From a virus (taxonomy: Duplodnaviria > Caudoviricetes): DNA of 43,409 nt. The position numbers were made by a program, and so were the translations under genes. The stretch covers positions 1 through 43,409 of IMG/VR virus record IMGVR_UViG_3300020005_000015. One strand, written 5' to 3'. The notes below the pieces were generated by a model. The model made no database searches and was not told the DNA's origin. It saw only the letters and a list, made by a program, of their open reading frames with translations. The stretch's first letter is position 1; the number at the start of each line of letters is the position of its first letter. Positions 1-9,065 of the stretch are shown here, piece by piece.

Positions 1-3
1 AGC

Positions 4-156
4 TGTGGTTGGACGAGAGAAGCGCGAAATAGGTGAAGGATCGCGAAATAAGGGGGAGGATAATGAAGATCAGGGGGTTGGGAAGCTTTTTGGGAAAACC
101 GGCACGAAATAAGTGACGAGTGCCAAACTGGCACGCGCGAAATGATTGCAAAGGGT
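4..156 (+). repeat. Left end: putative transposase-binding sites
   Basis: CGCGAAATGATTGCAAAGGGT at 136-156 is the inverted near-copy of the right-end sites; partial C(G/A)CGAAATA motifs at about 23, 42 and 103. Confidence 0.65.
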
Positions 157-297
157 GGGTTCTACCTTCCGAAAGGGTTGTCAGACCTGGCTTCGATCAA
201 GGATGCAGTGGGGGTGCAGGCGGGCGGCAGTTGGACTGCCGAAGCTCGGCAGCCGGAGTTCAGCATCCGACTCCGGCACGGGCGGGAACGCGGGATT

Positions 298-689
298 TCA
301 TAGGCTTCGCGGTCTCGGCTTTTTCATGCGAAAAGGGCCAAGCAAATCCTTTGGCAAGAAACCGCCTCGTTGCAGGGCTGGGAGGCATTTATTAAAGAGC
401 CAAGTCTTAAACTGTTCTGCTTTGGGGCGGCGGCTGTTCATCAGGACGCGACTCAGACCCTCAGCCGTCAGGAACCACATGGTTCTGGCCTGGCCTGCTC
501 TGATCGTCCTTTGGCGAAGCTTTTCTTCGGGAGGGACTCGGCGGACAATGACCTCCGCCCTGGCCTTGATCTCCAAGAATTGGCGAATGTCTTCCGCGAG
601 GAATAAAGGTCCTCCAACCCGCCGTAGAATTGGAGCGCTTCGCCGAGGCAGAAAAAGGTGACGCCGGTTGGTTTGAGTGGGGGGTTCAT
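298..689 (-). pseudogene. BRO-N (antirepressor-like) protein, split by a 1-nt frameshift near 607
   Basis: One frame gives MNPPLK...GEALQFYGGLED; another continues FLAEDIRQFLEI...FLTAEGLSRVLMNSRRPKAEQFKTWLFNKCLPAL, a BRO-N-like motif. Confidence 0.6.
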
Positions 690-785
690 ACTGGCTGTTT
701 GTCTTGAGGGACGTCGCTCACAGCAAGGTCTGGCCGATGGGCCGCGCGGGCGAGGGGCGGCTTTGAACTGACTCGACCTGGACGA

Positions 786-1322
786 TCATTTGAACGTCTG
801 GTCAACCTTCATCAGGAAGCCTTTAATGTAGTTGCCTGGGACCTCCAAAATCTGCTCCACACCTCTGCCGTAAATCTTCAATTTTACTCCAGTCTCGATG
901 TGTTGATCCAAATACGCGCGGCTGAGAACCACCTGGACGGCTTCCGATGTTCCGCCGCCTTCAGTCACGTCGCTTCCGGCCTTTTCTGTGGGAAGCTTGG
1001 CTCCATCGGAATCGGAGGCTGAATTCCAAAAGGCCCACCCTTCGCGAAACGTACGTCTGCTGAACATGGCCAGCGAGTACACCGGCTCGCCAGTCTCGCC
1101 CTGGCGAGCGGCCCCGAGGTAATATCTGTTCTGACCCCAATCACCGAAGAGCACGTGTTGCCCATCCACGAACGTCATTTTGGTGAACTCATCGCGCCTG
1201 ACAGCCGAGCGGCTGGCTATCTGTTCTGGCGTCTGTTGGCTGAGCGTGGGTAGCGAGGCGCAGCCGGCCAGCAGCGCGACGACGCATACAAGCGAAGCCA
1301 ATAGTGGGGCTAAAAAGCTCAT
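786..1322 (-). CDS. Lipoprotein, possible superinfection-exclusion or lysogenic conversion protein
   Basis: Hydrophobic N-terminus with lipobox LLAGC; overlaps the repressor stop, so likely co-expressed. Confidence 0.7.
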   Translation of the reverse strand: MSFLAPLLASLVCVVALLAGCASLPTLSQQTPEQIASRSAVRRDEFTKMTFVDGQHVLFGDWGQNRYYLGAARQGETGEPVYSLAMFSRRTFREGWAFWNSASDSDGAKLPTEKAGSDVTEGGGTSEAVQVVLSRAYLDQHIETGVKLKIYGRGVEQILEVPGNYIKGFLMKVDQTFK

Positions 1323-1597
1323 TTCTTGGAGCGGGCAGGCTTCGTGCCGGTCGCAGGTTTGCGCTTCGAAGACTCGTTCAGGGCATACGATGATCGGCCG
1401 TCCGCCGTCTCAAGGAGGCGTTGCCACTTTGGTGGCAAGGTGACGTTATCATCCTCATCGACGACCTGCTCGACGAAAGTCTTCGCGAGCATCCTGATCA
1501 AAGCCGACTTTGTGGTGCCTATGCGCGAGGCGACCCTTTCAAGCCGCTCGTCTATTTCTGGCGGCAGACGCACCGGTAGCTGGGAACCCAGAGCCAT
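1319..1597 (-). CDS. Ribbon-helix-helix (CopG/Arc-like) putative immunity repressor
   Basis: QLPVRLPPEIDERLERVASRIGTTKSALIR fits the RHH pattern; occupies the repressor position, divergent from the early operon. Confidence 0.75.
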   Translation of the reverse strand: MALGSQLPVRLPPEIDERLERVASRIGTTKSALIRMLAKTFVEQVVDEDDNVTLPPKWQRLLETADGRSSYALNESSKRKPATGTKPARSKK

Positions 1598-1675
1598 GTC
1601 TAATGTATAGCAGTGCATTTTTTTTAATCAATGAGATGTTGACGCTATTGTGTAGTGATGCTACACATACGGAGC
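1598..1675. promoter_or_regulatory. Divergent promoters and operator(s)
   Basis: Rightward TTGACG (1639-1644), 17 bp, TACACA with extended TG; leftward TTGATT...TGCTATACATT; palindrome TGTGTAG-N5-CTACACA at 1649-1667 and a related half-site TGTATAG at 1604-1610. Confidence 0.6.
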
Positions 1676-1861
1676 ATGAAGCCGAGACGATTTGGGAACT
1701 GTTTACCGGTGCGATTATCAAAGGATGTGGATCGGAGGATCAGGCTGGTGGCCATCGCCGCTGGTGTTTCAAAGAGCGATGTGATGCGGATGGCTATCTT
1801 CTACGGGCTTCCAAATTTAGAGGCTGGGAGGTTCCAGGTTTTGGAGCAGGCCGAACGATGA
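1676..1861 (+). CDS. Ribbon-helix-helix protein, Cro/Ner-equivalent
   Basis: CLPVRLSKDVDRRIRLVAIAAGVSKSDVMRMAI; GGAG RBS; first gene of the early operon. Confidence 0.75.
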   Translation: MKPRRFGNCLPVRLSKDVDRRIRLVAIAAGVSKSDVMRMAIFYGLPNLEAGRFQVLEQAER

Positions 1862-2142
1862 GCATTCAAGCCAACACGAAGACAGGCATCAGCCGGCTCA
1901 AACTCAGATTAGAGATACTGGGGCTCAAGCGCCGTTATCTTCAGTTGGAGTGCCGCTATGGTGAGCTTGTCGATCCCTTCTTCAAGCGCTCGGCCCTCCG
2001 CTTCGTTTTGGTACGCTTCTATCTGTTCGCGTATGGCAAGGACGTGCCCCCGAATTTCAGATGGGGATGCCTTTTCCGAGACGAGCCGGCGGGGTCATGC
2101 GCGGAGCGTAACGACCAGGCCAACGCTGGCAAATCGAAATGA
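1858..2142 (+). CDS. Hypothetical protein
   Basis: ATGA-coupled on both sides; composition not convincing. Confidence 0.35.
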   Translation: MSIQANTKTGISRLKLRLEILGLKRRYLQLECRYGELVDPFFKRSALRFVLVRFYLFAYGKDVPPNFRWGCLFRDEPAGSCAERNDQANAGKSK

Positions 2143-2645
2143 TCGAGACCATGCGACAGTCGATCGAACACTTTCGGCGCATGTCCGCCAAAATACGCAA
2201 ATCGCACAAGTGGGTTCCGCTGGAATTGTTCATGGCTGCTGATCCGGTCAGCGGCTCCGAAGTCTGGCGCAACCCGTGGTATGACGTTCGCGTCGTCCGC
2301 CACGCAACGGGTTGGATTTTCGACGGCGGTCCCTGGATGCGCATTGGGATCTCCTCAGCCGACGGCGAACCGCGTCATGACTGGCGCGTGTTCCAGCACA
2401 TCAAAAATCAAATTGCCGGTCCGGAATGGTGGGCGCTGGAACTCTACCCGGCCGAAAGCCAGCTCATCGATCCTTCCAACTATTTCCTTCTCTGGGCGGC
2501 ACCTTTACTGCCGTTAGGTGAACGGCTCGGCCGCGTGCTCGCTCGACCAAACAACACAGTTGCGCCGCAGCGCGGCTGGCACCCGGACGACGAACCCGAC
2601 GAAGTCCGCAAAGGCATCACGAACTGGCCGAACAAAGGTCTATGA
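2139..2645 (+). CDS. Conserved phage-type hypothetical protein
   Basis: HDWRVFQHIKNQIAGPE...ELYPAESQLID..NY motif resembles a phage hypothetical family; coupled to neighbours. Confidence 0.7.
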   Translation: MIETMRQSIEHFRRMSAKIRKSHKWVPLELFMAADPVSGSEVWRNPWYDVRVVRHATGWIFDGGPWMRIGISSADGEPRHDWRVFQHIKNQIAGPEWWALELYPAESQLIDPSNYFLLWAAPLLPLGERLGRVLARPNNTVAPQRGWHPDDEPDEVRKGITNWPNKGL

Positions 2646-2785
2646 CCATTCACTTTCCCCGGCGTGGCCCCATTGAAAGTCGAATTGCCGACGAGCAGGT
2701 CGGACGCATCGGTAACCACGCCGGGCCCCTGTTGGGCCAACTGACAGGCAGGATGCCTGTCCCACCACAAAACGGAGAAACCAAA

Positions 2786-3025
2786 ATGAGCAATGACGCT
2801 GAGCTACGTCGTAAAATCCTTGAGGGGATTCTGCATCGGCTGCTGGGTCAACGGGCGGACGAAGTGCCGCCGGAGTTGAAAGTGATGAGCGATCAGGAGT
2901 TGGAGGGCGCGCTGGCCTACGCGATTGGCCTGCGCGCGGAAGGTGAACGATTGCGGCGCGAAGTATTCCACGAACAGGCCGCGCGCCGGCAACGCCAGGC
3001 CGAACACTTGGGAGGCCGCTTATGA
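2786..3025 (+). CDS. Hypothetical protein
   Basis: GGAG RBS then MSNDAELRRK; helical; coupled to next gene. Confidence 0.55.
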   Translation: MSNDAELRRKILEGILHRLLGQRADEVPPELKVMSDQELEGALAYAIGLRAEGERLRREVFHEQAARRQRQAEHLGGRL

Positions 3026-3468
3026 ACGAGAGCGCGCAACCGCTAAAGGGCGAGGATTGCCAGGCGCTCGCATCGAGGGTGCTCAGCGATCTGCGGCGCC
3101 ATGACCTGGGCAAGCAGCAATTGGTAATCGTGATGACGCTCGTGGAGATCAGCTACCAGTGGGGCCGTGAGACGGTGAAAGTGCCCAAGCTGGAGTTGCT
3201 GGCGCAGTTGACGGGAATGCAGCGGACGCACGTCGCGGCGACGCTGAAGGAGCTGAGCCAAATACGGGTCATCCAGACAAAAAAACATGAGCAGTATTTG
3301 GAGTTCCGGGTGGTGCCAGACAGTAACCTGTGGCGCTGCCGCCCGCGCGTGTCCCCAGGCACCTCGCGGAACGCGCTGGACTGGTTGCGGGTGCATAATT
3401 TCGGCGATGGCGGCGTGAAACTGATGGCCCTGGGATCTGTGGAGGTCGATTTCCCGACGGAGGACTAA
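3022..3468 (+). CDS. Winged-helix protein resembling the N-terminus of lambda O-type replication initiators
   Basis: LGKQQLVIVMTLVEISYQWGRE...LAQLTGMQRTHVAATLKEL. Confidence 0.55.
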   Translation: MNESAQPLKGEDCQALASRVLSDLRRHDLGKQQLVIVMTLVEISYQWGRETVKVPKLELLAQLTGMQRTHVAATLKELSQIRVIQTKKHEQYLEFRVVPDSNLWRCRPRVSPGTSRNALDWLRVHNFGDGGVKLMALGSVEVDFPTED

Positions 3469-3473
3469 GGCGC

Positions 3474-3866
3474 ATGAAACCACCAAAACAGAATCGGTGC
3501 CGAGACCAAGTCTGGCAAATCAGAATCGGTTCCGTGACCAAGTCTGTCACCGAGACGGAATCGGTCACGAGACCGAACGCGTCAAGCACCAAGACTTCGT
3601 CGGTCAGGGCAAGTCGGCCTGTTCAAAGTCCTCATCGTCCGCGCCTGTCGGAGAGCCAACAAAGAAGAAGGCTACGCCGAGGTCGTTTGCAGCACGTTCG
3701 CATCTTTCGAACTCCGGCCGCTTTGGAGGAGTTTCTCTGGCCAGGACGGACACGCGATCGCCGATCCGTTCATACGGTAGTAATTCCACTATCGCGGCGG
3801 CGCGCTCGCCTGCGGCCTGGTGCGATTCTTCGTGGAGCCAAACCATCAAACAAGGAGGGCAAATGA
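3474..3866 (+). CDS. Hypothetical basic protein overlapping iteron-like repeats
   Basis: Fills the gap and is ATGA-coupled to the next gene; low-complexity VTKSVTETESVT. Confidence 0.35.
   Translation: MKPPKQNRCRDQVWQIRIGSVTKSVTETESVTRPNASSTKTSSVRASRPVQSPHRPRLSESQQRRRLRRGRLQHVRIFRTPAALEEFLWPGRTRDRRSVHTVVIPLSRRRARLRPGAILRGAKPSNKEGK
3487..3584. repeat. Six degenerate ~15-18 bp quasi-palindromic repeats
   Basis: ACAGAATCGGT / GACCAAGTCTGG / CAGAATCGGT / TGACCAAGTCTGTCA / GACGGAATCGGTCA / GACCGAACGCGTCA. Confidence 0.55.
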
Positions 3867-4792
3867 GCAATGGCAATGGCTATGGCGAGTGCAACCTCGT
3901 AGCGGAGATCAAAGCGGTCGATCCGATGACGCTCAAGAACGACCCGGAACTCGACAAACTTTGGCCGCTGGAAGATCTGCACGGCCCGAGCGAGCTGGCG
4001 TTTATTGACGACGTGGGCGAGCGCGGCGTGCTCGATCCGCTCAAGATCAGCCCGGACGGCCGGTTCGTGTGGGACGGCCGGCGCCGGTTGCGCGCCGCCA
4101 AACGCTTCCCCGACCGGGTCAAGATCGTGCCGGTGATTCGGTGCCGAGAAGAGGACCGGTCCTGGGTCATTTTGTTTGGCATCACCCATCGGCGGAACAT
4201 GAGCCCAAGTTTGCAGGTTTTTGTGGGCCGCCCATGGTGGGGTCCGATTATTGACTCGTCCCGATCGAATAGGGTGAAAAATTTACGTAAACCGTTGTCA
4301 AACTCCGAAGGGGGAATTCTCCCTTCGGGTCAATCCACAATCCGGCAACTCGCTGAAAAACTGGGTATTGACCATAAGGAATTCAATCGCTGCGAGGAGG
4401 TCCTGAAGCTGTTTGAGGAGCACCCGGATGCGCGGGAGTACTGGGAACCGCGGCTGCTGAAAGGCCAGACGAGTTTCTGGCAGATACTGCGCGGGATCAA
4501 AGGCGATTTGGGCACACGCATTTACAAGGGTAAGACCCCGGCAGAGATCAGAGGCAGGCCGTACCAGATGTGTTTGGGCGCGGTAAAAACCCTCGCGTTG
4601 CGAGCGAAGGATTGGGAGCAGATCAGCGGCTCGGATGAAAAGGCAATCCTCGAAGAGTTGCGGGGTGTGGCGCGAGGGAAGAAGAAGGTCAGCGCCGAGG
4701 AGTGGAGCGCGTTAGCCGGGTTAACCCGAAACAAACTCAGCAAATGGTTCGAGAGGTTGGCTGAGGAAGCAGAGGAGGAGCGCGATGAATAG
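3863..4792 (+). CDS. ParB/Srx-like N-terminal domain protein with HTH
   Basis: AGGAGG RBS; FIDDVGERGVLDPLKI...VWDGRRRLRAA; TIRQLAEKLGI. Confidence 0.75.
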   Translation: MSNGNGYGECNLVAEIKAVDPMTLKNDPELDKLWPLEDLHGPSELAFIDDVGERGVLDPLKISPDGRFVWDGRRRLRAAKRFPDRVKIVPVIRCREEDRSWVILFGITHRRNMSPSLQVFVGRPWWGPIIDSSRSNRVKNLRKPLSNSEGGILPSGQSTIRQLAEKLGIDHKEFNRCEEVLKLFEEHPDAREYWEPRLLKGQTSFWQILRGIKGDLGTRIYKGKTPAEIRGRPYQMCLGAVKTLALRAKDWEQISGSDEKAILEELRGVARGKKKVSAEEWSALAGLTRNKLSKWFERLAEEAEEERDE

Positions 4793-4797
4793 GCTTC

Positions 4798-5343
4798 TTA
4801 ATTTCGTTTGGCGCTTTTGTTTTTCTCCTCGCGGAGGAACTCGGAAATCCAACCAAGATCGCGTGTGTAGTGCTCAGCCCCAGCAAAGAGCCAAGAATGA
4901 ATCAGCAGCCACTCCAGAATGCCTGGCACCAGGCGGAGGCCAGAATCGTCAACCGGTAGGCACGGAAGAGTCCCCGATCCATTATCCGCAGTCAGAGAAC
5001 GCATCAGAAAAAGCGCATGCTCAAAACGCGCCCAAAGCCAGTAGCGGGTCGTCTCAGAGAGCTCGCCTCGCCACTGGTCGGACTGCAACCAATCCCGAAT
5101 TGCGTGATCCACTCCGGGTCGGGCGGCGTGTTCCGCCAAGCGGACCGCTGACAGATCAGGAGATAGAAATGGTGGCGGAGTTATGGCGGCAAACCTCGCC
5201 CTCTGGTCTGACAAGTCTTTCAACAGCCATCTTATTTCTTCAAAAAGCGGATGCTGTGGCTCCATGCGCGGAAGTTGCTCGCGACAACGATGGCGAATCT
5301 GCTCAAGGAAGCAAGAACGAACACGGGACGGAGGCGGGAGCAT
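4798..5343 (-). CDS. Hypothetical protein (antisense moron; start may be MEPQHP)
   Basis: Globular, Trp/Leu-rich helical composition, more protein-like than the overlapping + ORF 4785-5345. Confidence 0.5.
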   Translation of the reverse strand: MLPPPSRVRSCFLEQIRHRCREQLPRMEPQHPLFEEIRWLLKDLSDQRARFAAITPPPFLSPDLSAVRLAEHAARPGVDHAIRDWLQSDQWRGELSETTRYWLWARFEHALFLMRSLTADNGSGTLPCLPVDDSGLRLVPGILEWLLIHSWLFAGAEHYTRDLGWISEFLREEKNKSAKRN

Positions 5344-5501
5344 GAACGGCGGGCTGGCATCACGAGGATTGGCGCGTGCCTATGCGCGCGGGCGGCACAT
5401 TCGCCAGCTTGTTGCGGAGCGGCAGGCTAAGAATTCGAGGAGCAGAGAGCCGGATCGGGATCGGAAAACGGAGGCTTCAACCATCGACAGCGGATCAAGC
5501 T

Positions 5502-7610
5502 ATGACAGACCAGAAGCCCCACATTAAAGCGCCGGCCGAGGAAGCCAGCACTGTGACGGAGTGTAACGTAAACGCAGGCGATAGGCAAGAAGCGCTAGGC
5601 GCTGGGGCTGCCGTGCCGGAGGCCGGCGCTCCGCAACTCACGGGCGAGACGCCCGTGCCACGACAGCTTGACGGCTGCGAACAAACCCAAGAACGAGTTG
5701 ATCCTCTCAAGGAGGCCGCTGTTCCAGCCGTCGCTCCATCAACCATCAACCATCAACCATCAACCAACGCCGGGCCGGAGGCCGGCGCTCCGATCGGGCG
5801 GAGCGTGCCTGAACTCACCGAAGCGCTGCGCCGGGCGCAGATCCTCGCGCGCATCGACGCCCTGGTTGCCTCCGGCTGCCCGATCGGTGATGCGCGCGTG
5901 CAGACCGGCATCAGCGCGGCCACGCATGGGCGCTGGCGCAAGCGTCTGGCTGAACGCGGCTCGCTCATCAGCGACCGGAACAAGAGCGGGCGCAATCCGG
6001 CCGTCGAATTTACGGAAGCGGAGGAGCTGCAGATCCAACGGCTCTACATCGAACTCAATAAGGACGAGAAATCCGGCTCGATGCGCACGGCGGCGAAGTT
6101 CCTCGCCCACGATTCCCAGACGCGCGAAGAAGTGCGCGGGCCGATCCTGTCGGCCCTGGCGACCAGCAGCCGCGTGCCCGGCTTCGTCAAGCGCGCCCTG
6201 GAGAAGATCACCCTCGCGCACGTGAGCGCGCGGCGAAGGCCGCAGATGAGCGCAGTCGAGCACTTCAGCGGGAACGTCGGGGCGTTCTTCCAGGACAAGA
6301 TCGAGCGGCGCCGCGTGATCGAGGCTGATGACGGCACGCTCAACTTCGCCATGTGGATACCCTGGCCGATGGGCGGGGACCCGTGCAGCGACAAGTTCGG
6401 CGTGCGGCTCGGGCGCTGGCAGTTTCTGCCCGCCATCGAGGCCGGCTGGTCCAATGCTTACCTGGGTTACGCGTTGGTGTGCCGGCCGCGCGGCAGCTAC
6501 CGGGACGAAGACATCCGCGCGCTCATCCACCTGGTGGGCCAACAGCAAGGCTTACCCGACGTGTTCCGGTTCGAGCGCGGCTCCTGGGAGAGCAACGCGA
6601 TCGTGAATCTGCTCGAGCAGCTCGGCGTGCAGCTCAACAGCGTGCATCAGTCCAACCAAAAGCCATTCGTTGAAGGCGGCTTCCATCCGCTCTGGACTCA
6701 CCTGGGCGTGCTCAAAGGGCAGATGGGCCGTTACCGCGGCGAGATGGAGGAAGAGAATAAACTCGCTGAAAAGTGCAAAGCCGGCCGGGCCGATCCGCGC
6801 GAGCATTTCCTGAGTCTGGCGGACGGGATCACGGGCATCGATGGGGCGCTGGCGATGCGCAACAGCGACGCGCAAACGTCCATCTACGGCAGTTGGGTGC
6901 CCGAAGTGCGCCTGAAGGAGCACGCGCTGGCGCGGCCGTGGAAACCGTTGCCGGCTGAGTTGACGTTTCTCTTCGCGCCTTACGTGCGCGAATGGACAGT
7001 GGCCAAGGGAAGTGTCGGCGGGCAGTTGCCGCTGCTGGATGACGGCCCGAACGGCAAGGTCCCGTTCTATTTCGCCAGTGAAGATCTCTACCTGTGGAAC
7101 GGGAAAAAGGTCCGGCTCTATTTCGATCCAGCCGCTGAGCAGTGCCAAGCGACGATAGTGTCCCTCGGCACCTACCACGGGTTCCGCCCAGGCGAAGTGA
7201 TCTGCCGGGCGGAACTCGTGGATGGGTTGCCCCATCATGCGCGCGCCTGTTTCGGCTGGGGCGAAGAGCAGACGCAGCGGGCCAATCAATCGATCAAGTT
7301 CGCGCGCGCGGCCTGTATGCGACAGGTCCGGACGCTGACGCAGGGCGGGCAGGTCACAGCCAGCGTGAGTGAAGCACGGGACGGAGGCGGGAACGTGGTG
7401 CGGGTGAGCAAGGACAACGGAACATCCAACAACCAACAACCAACAACCAACAATCCAACAATCCACAAATCCAACAATCCACCGCGCTCGGCGCTGACGG
7501 CGCCGAGCGCGGAGGCGTGGGCCAAACGGCGGGCGCGCCTGGCCGAGCAGGCCGAGGAAGTCATGAACATCAATCAGTCAGTAAACAGAAACCAAACGGA
7601 GGACGTATGA
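5502..7610 (+). CDS. MuA-like DDE transposase
   Basis: HTH-like ISAATHGRWRKRL...KSGR; catalytic-like IEADDGT, FRFERGSW, QKPFVEGGF; directly upstream of a MuB-like ATPase. Confidence 0.85.
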   Translation: MTDQKPHIKAPAEEASTVTECNVNAGDRQEALGAGAAVPEAGAPQLTGETPVPRQLDGCEQTQERVDPLKEAAVPAVAPSTINHQPSTNAGPEAGAPIGRSVPELTEALRRAQILARIDALVASGCPIGDARVQTGISAATHGRWRKRLAERGSLISDRNKSGRNPAVEFTEAEELQIQRLYIELNKDEKSGSMRTAAKFLAHDSQTREEVRGPILSALATSSRVPGFVKRALEKITLAHVSARRRPQMSAVEHFSGNVGAFFQDKIERRRVIEADDGTLNFAMWIPWPMGGDPCSDKFGVRLGRWQFLPAIEAGWSNAYLGYALVCRPRGSYRDEDIRALIHLVGQQQGLPDVFRFERGSWESNAIVNLLEQLGVQLNSVHQSNQKPFVEGGFHPLWTHLGVLKGQMGRYRGEMEEENKLAEKCKAGRADPREHFLSLADGITGIDGALAMRNSDAQTSIYGSWVPEVRLKEHALARPWKPLPAELTFLFAPYVREWTVAKGSVGGQLPLLDDGPNGKVPFYFASEDLYLWNGKKVRLYFDPAAEQCQATIVSLGTYHGFRPGEVICRAELVDGLPHHARACFGWGEEQTQRANQSIKFARAACMRQVRTLTQGGQVTASVSEARDGGGNVVRVSKDNGTSNNQQPTTNNPTIHKSNNPPRSALTAPSAEAWAKRRARLAEQAEEVMNINQSVNRNQTEDV

Positions 7611-8773
7611 GTGAACGAGCAGTAGCGGAATTGGAGCAGATCAACGGCGAGGACCTGGCAGGTCCGGCCACCGGGCGCGATGCCTTGGGGCGGCGCTTGA
7701 ACCCGCTGAGCCAGCAGGTCTGGCACGCGATGCGGTGGGACAACGTCTCCCTGGAGGCAGTGGCGGAGCTGTTCCCGGAGCGGCTGCGCGAGCCGGTGTT
7801 GTGGCTGGGCATCTACGTGCGCGAGCACTGCGCCAAAAGCGCCGACGTGCTCGCCGCCCGCGCCCACAAGCTCGGAGTCGAGCTGGACAAGACCACCTGG
7901 AGCCGGGTGCTGCGCGGGCGCTGGAACCGGGACGGCGAAGGCCGGCCTCTGCCCACGCCGATCGTGAGCGAGACAAAGTTGTTGAAGGCGATCGAGGCGT
8001 TGCGCCAGGAGGCCAGGCTGCGGGAGATGGGCGGCAAGGTGCCCTTTATCGACACGGGCACATCCAAAACGATCATGCAGTGTATTGACGTGCGATTCGC
8101 TCCGGACCGGGTCAACAAAATCTGCGTGATCGTTGGGGAGACCGGCAGCGGCAAGAGCGCGACCTTCCGGGAGTATGCCCGGCGCAGCGCCACCGGCCTG
8201 GTCGCGCACGTCGAAGCGCCCGAGAACGGGTCGGTACCCGAATTGGTGTACCGGATCGGGAAGCGCTACGGACTGAGCATCGGGAACTTCTCGGCGCGTC
8301 AGCGCATCCAGTTGATCGAGGAACTTAACGACCGGCGTTGCATCATCATCGACAACGCCCAAGAACTCTACACCGAGCGGCTCCGGGCCAATCAGCCGGC
8401 CTTCTCTTTCCTGCGCCGCCTCCAGGATGAGACCGGCTGCACGATCATCCTGTCCATGACGCCGATGGGCGAGAAGCGGATGTTCACGGAATTTCTTAGA
8501 GGCTACTTCGAGCAATTTGCCGGGCGAGCGGGTGGGCGGAGGAATTTCCTCCGGCTGCCGGACTATCCGCCGGAGGAAGACGTGCTCACGATCGCGCTCG
8601 CCTTTGGGCTGCGCGACGCCGAGCGGCACCTGGAATACCTGGTTAAGATCGCGCGCGAGGAGGGGCGCATCCGGACGCTGTTCGAGGATTTGCAGAGCGC
8701 CAAGATCAAGGCGGAACGGAAGAAGGCGCCGCTCACGATCGGGCTGGTGAAGGAGTGCAGGGAAGAAGACTAG
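7607..8773 (+). CDS. MuB-like AAA+ transposition ATPase
   Basis: Walker A GETGSGKS, Walker B IIIDNAQ; ATGA-coupled to the transposase. Confidence 0.9.
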   Translation: MSERAVAELEQINGEDLAGPATGRDALGRRLNPLSQQVWHAMRWDNVSLEAVAELFPERLREPVLWLGIYVREHCAKSADVLAARAHKLGVELDKTTWSRVLRGRWNRDGEGRPLPTPIVSETKLLKAIEALRQEARLREMGGKVPFIDTGTSKTIMQCIDVRFAPDRVNKICVIVGETGSGKSATFREYARRSATGLVAHVEAPENGSVPELVYRIGKRYGLSIGNFSARQRIQLIEELNDRRCIIIDNAQELYTERLRANQPAFSFLRRLQDETGCTIILSMTPMGEKRMFTEFLRGYFEQFAGRAGGRRNFLRLPDYPPEEDVLTIALAFGLRDAERHLEYLVKIAREEGRIRTLFEDLQSAKIKAERKKAPLTIGLVKECREED

Positions 8774-8825
8774 GGGAAAGGCTGAAGGCTGAAGGCTAAA
8801 GGCTGAATAAAAAAACGGAGGCAAC

Positions 8826-9065
8826 ATGAGCAAGAGCAACAAGAGCAGGAAAGAGGCGAAGGCGCGAAACGGAGCGGTCCGGTTGCGCGACGCGCTCCGC
8901 TGGACCACGGCGGCTGAACATTCGTTGCGGGCGGCTCTGGCTCATCCGGGCGCGCGCAAGTTCTGGATGGAAGAGAGCTGCCGCCAATTGGAAATGGCCT
9001 TCCAACGCTCGCAGAAAGTGTGGGCCGAGGAGAGCTACAACGAAAGGCTCAAGGCTAAATGCTAA
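8826..9065 (+). CDS. Hypothetical protein
   Basis: GGAGG RBS; bracketed by heptamer repeats. Confidence 0.55.
   Translation: MSKSNKSRKEAKARNGAVRLRDALRWTTAAEHSLRAALAHPGARKFWMEESCRQLEMAFQRSQKVWAEESYNERLKAKC

Noticed and set aside
1908-2090. Minus-strand frame reading LVSEKASPSEIRGHVLAIREQIEAY...
   Set aside because: Protein-like, but no start codon after the upstream stop; cannot be supported as a gene.
5760-8908. Long minus-strand ORFs opposite transposase and ATPase (similar ones opposite capsid, hub and tip)
   Set aside because: Typical shadow ORFs of high-GC coding sequence, with no motifs.
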